Under the pieces are notes generated by a model. That model was not told the DNA's origin and did not search any database. It worked only from the letters and a program-made list of their open reading frames with translations. A stretch of 64,000 nucleotides of DNA from Planctomycetia bacterium (GTDB lineage Bacteria; Planctomycetota; MHYJ01; WSZJ01). The stretch covers positions 13,957 to 77,956 of the forward strand of contig JADLHC010000282.1 of NCBI GenBank assembly GCA_020849035.1. Direction: 5' to 3'. Of the stretch, positions 62,741 to 64,000 are shown piece after piece. The translations under genes and the position numbers were made by a program. Within the stretch, counting starts at the first letter, position 1. Each line of letters opens with the position of its first letter.

Positions 62741-63537
62741 TCGACGGTCTCCTTGTCGTTCGCAACAAAACGATCCAACAGCGAGGTTGCGCGGGCAAAA
62801 GCCTCGACAGAGTCGTCTATCCACGACTCAACTTCGTCCAGATTGCCGTTGTCCTTCGAGACAACCCCAGGACAGCTGGAGGTCTTCGGTAGACCCTCTG
62901 CAAACTTGACCCAACGAGACCTCCAGTCCTCGGGATCATCCTCATCTCCCGCGTCTCTGTCCCTGACCAGGATTCGGGTCAGCACTTGCCGCATGATGGC
63001 GGGCGCGAAGATCGCCCGCAGCTTCGGCTCCATGATGAACTGATCCGCGCCGTTTGGGACCTTTGAGTTGATCTTCAGAAGAGGCAGATCATCCGAAAAA
63101 TCAAGGCGCCAGAGCTCATCGCCGATGTCTTCTGCAGAGACGTGTCGAATCAGTGGGGAAACATCGTCGTCAAGTTCTTCAGGCCTCCGAGGAGTAATGT
63201 GGTCTGCCTCTGCCACTAGCATGCCCGCCACTTCTCCTGCTGAGACGACTTTGACTCGGAACAAGACCCCATCTGATGACGGGAACCCTTGTAAGCTGCA
63301 GTCCGCGGGAGGTTGAACCTGGCCAATCAGTCCGAAGTCAAAACGCTTCCAGTGCGTAGAAGCGCCGACATACGCCTCAACAAACACGCGTGGTCTTGGA
63401 GTTATTTTGGCCAGATCGTAGTCGGCAAGTCGCAAGTCAGCAGAAAAGGACAGCTTGCCTTCACTGGAGACGAGACTGATACGGGCATCTGCACGGTTTA
63501 TCTTCTTCCTGCCCGTGAAGTTGAGTCTTCTAGGCAT
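62737..63537 (-). CDS. hypothetical protein (second ORF of an uncharacterised operon)
   Basis: 266 aa. 8-nt overlap with the upstream ORF. Acidic patch DRDAGDEDDPEDW. No motif recognised. Confidence 0.6.
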   Translation of the reverse strand: MPRRLNFTGRKKINRADARISLVSSEGKLSFSADLRLADYDLAKITPRPRVFVEAYVGASTHWKRFDFGLIGQVQPPADCSLQGFPSSDGVLFRVKVVSAGEVAGMLVAEADHITPRRPEELDDDVSPLIRHVSAEDIGDELWRLDFSDDLPLLKINSKVPNGADQFIMEPKLRAIFAPAIMRQVLTRILVRDRDAGDEDDPEDWRSRWVKFAEGLPKTSSCPGVVSKDNGNLDEVESWIDDSVEAFARATSLLDRFVANDKETVE

Positions 63538-64000
63538 TGGCCGCCTCCTGATCTTGGACGGTGACCTTTACATGGAGATCGCGATTCGTATCGAATCCAA
63601 CACAATCGACTTCGAAATCGTCAGTGAGAGTTTCTATCATAATCCAGTTATCCCCTCTTTCGCGTTCTTTGCAGCCACTCATCGAGTACTTTACTGTGCC
63701 CTTTCCGAGGACGAAATCTGCCTTGTTGTACTTCGAGAACGGACTTCCTCGCCGGACGCCGTAGGCCGCTTCGATTTCAATTTGGGCAGGTCTGCGCGCA
63801 TCTGCATCCCCACGACGCAAGGAAAATCCATCCGCCGATCGCATGATGCTATAGCGTCGAATCGTCGGCGGCACCAGGATCTCCGGGATCTCTGGCAAGT
63901 CGCCCTTCTCCTTGTCTCGTACTCGATCCGTTTTCCGCTTCGTGGGCCCCGGCAATTTGATTGAGAACAGGTCCAAGAGCAACCTAGTGTCGGGCTTGTT
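63530..64000 (-). CDS. C-terminal fragment of a larger hypothetical protein (first visible ORF of an uncharacterised operon)
   Basis: The frame stays open from the listed TTG (63982) to the window edge (codons N-K-P-D-T-R, no stop), so the gene almost certainly starts beyond 64000. Confidence 0.5.
   Translation of the reverse strand, partial: NKPDTRLLLDLFSIKLPGPTKRKTDRVRDKEKGDLPEIPEILVPPTIRRYSIMRSADGFSLRRGDADARRPAQIEIEAAYGVRRGSPFSKYNKADFVLGKGTVKYSMSGCKERERGDNWIMIETLTDDFEVDCVGFDTNRDLHVKVTVQDQEAANA

Overview
A very GC-rich bacterial chromosomal segment. A typical hand-counted 60-nt line (30001-30060) is 46/60 G+C. The many signal-peptide WD40, FG-GAP and HEAT-like proteins suggest a PVC/Planctomycetota-like organism, but that is inference only. 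I support about 59 protein-coding genes and found no rRNA, tRNA, CRISPR array, transposase or integrase. Gene ends and starts come from the ORF track. Internal starts were derived by residue counting, and motif coordinates were read by eye and may be off by 1-2 nt. Most long ORFs antisense to these genes are Arg/Gly/Pro/Ala-rich shadow frames typical of high-GC DNA and were rejected.

Left third (1-23 kb), mostly housekeeping:
- SPFH/zinc-ribbon protein, CBS protein, metallophosphoesterase, ABC-2-like permease, acylphosphatase.
- parA-parB with a parS-like site inside parB.
- TusA-like protein, Mrp/ApbC, a GNAT fusion, an SRPBCC protein.
- A secreted DUF4091-like protein, DUF1963, a WD40 protein, PilZ, a Cys/Met PLP enzyme and tryptophanase.

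Middle (23-36 kb):
- An ECF sigma/anti-sigma pair heads a roughly 11-kb same-strand run of exported proteins, including a signal-peptide LanC-like protein.
- A TetR/methyltransferase divergent pair and fdhD follow.

Right half, accessory-looking:
- A lower-GC island (about 36.9-40.8 kb) with a second ECF sigma, an orphan 417-aa ORF and a WD40 lipoprotein.
- vapBC.
- A 4-hydroxybenzoyl-CoA-reductase-like Mo-hydroxylase operon that continues into a diglycine-ended beta-grasp-like ORF and a DUF4132 protein.
- A 1817-aa S8 protease/CARDB/PHP protein next to a catalytically dead S8 paralogue.
- A DUF1016 nuclease and four small orphan ORFs.
- A complete Dcm/EcoRII/Vsr module.
- A low-GC, translationally coupled three-ORF operon of unknown function, cut by the window edge.

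The best candidates for something undescribed are the GG-carrier/DUF4132 unit, the truncated three-ORF operon beside the R-M module, the ECF-headed exported LanC-like cluster, and the low-GC ECF/orphan/WD40 island.
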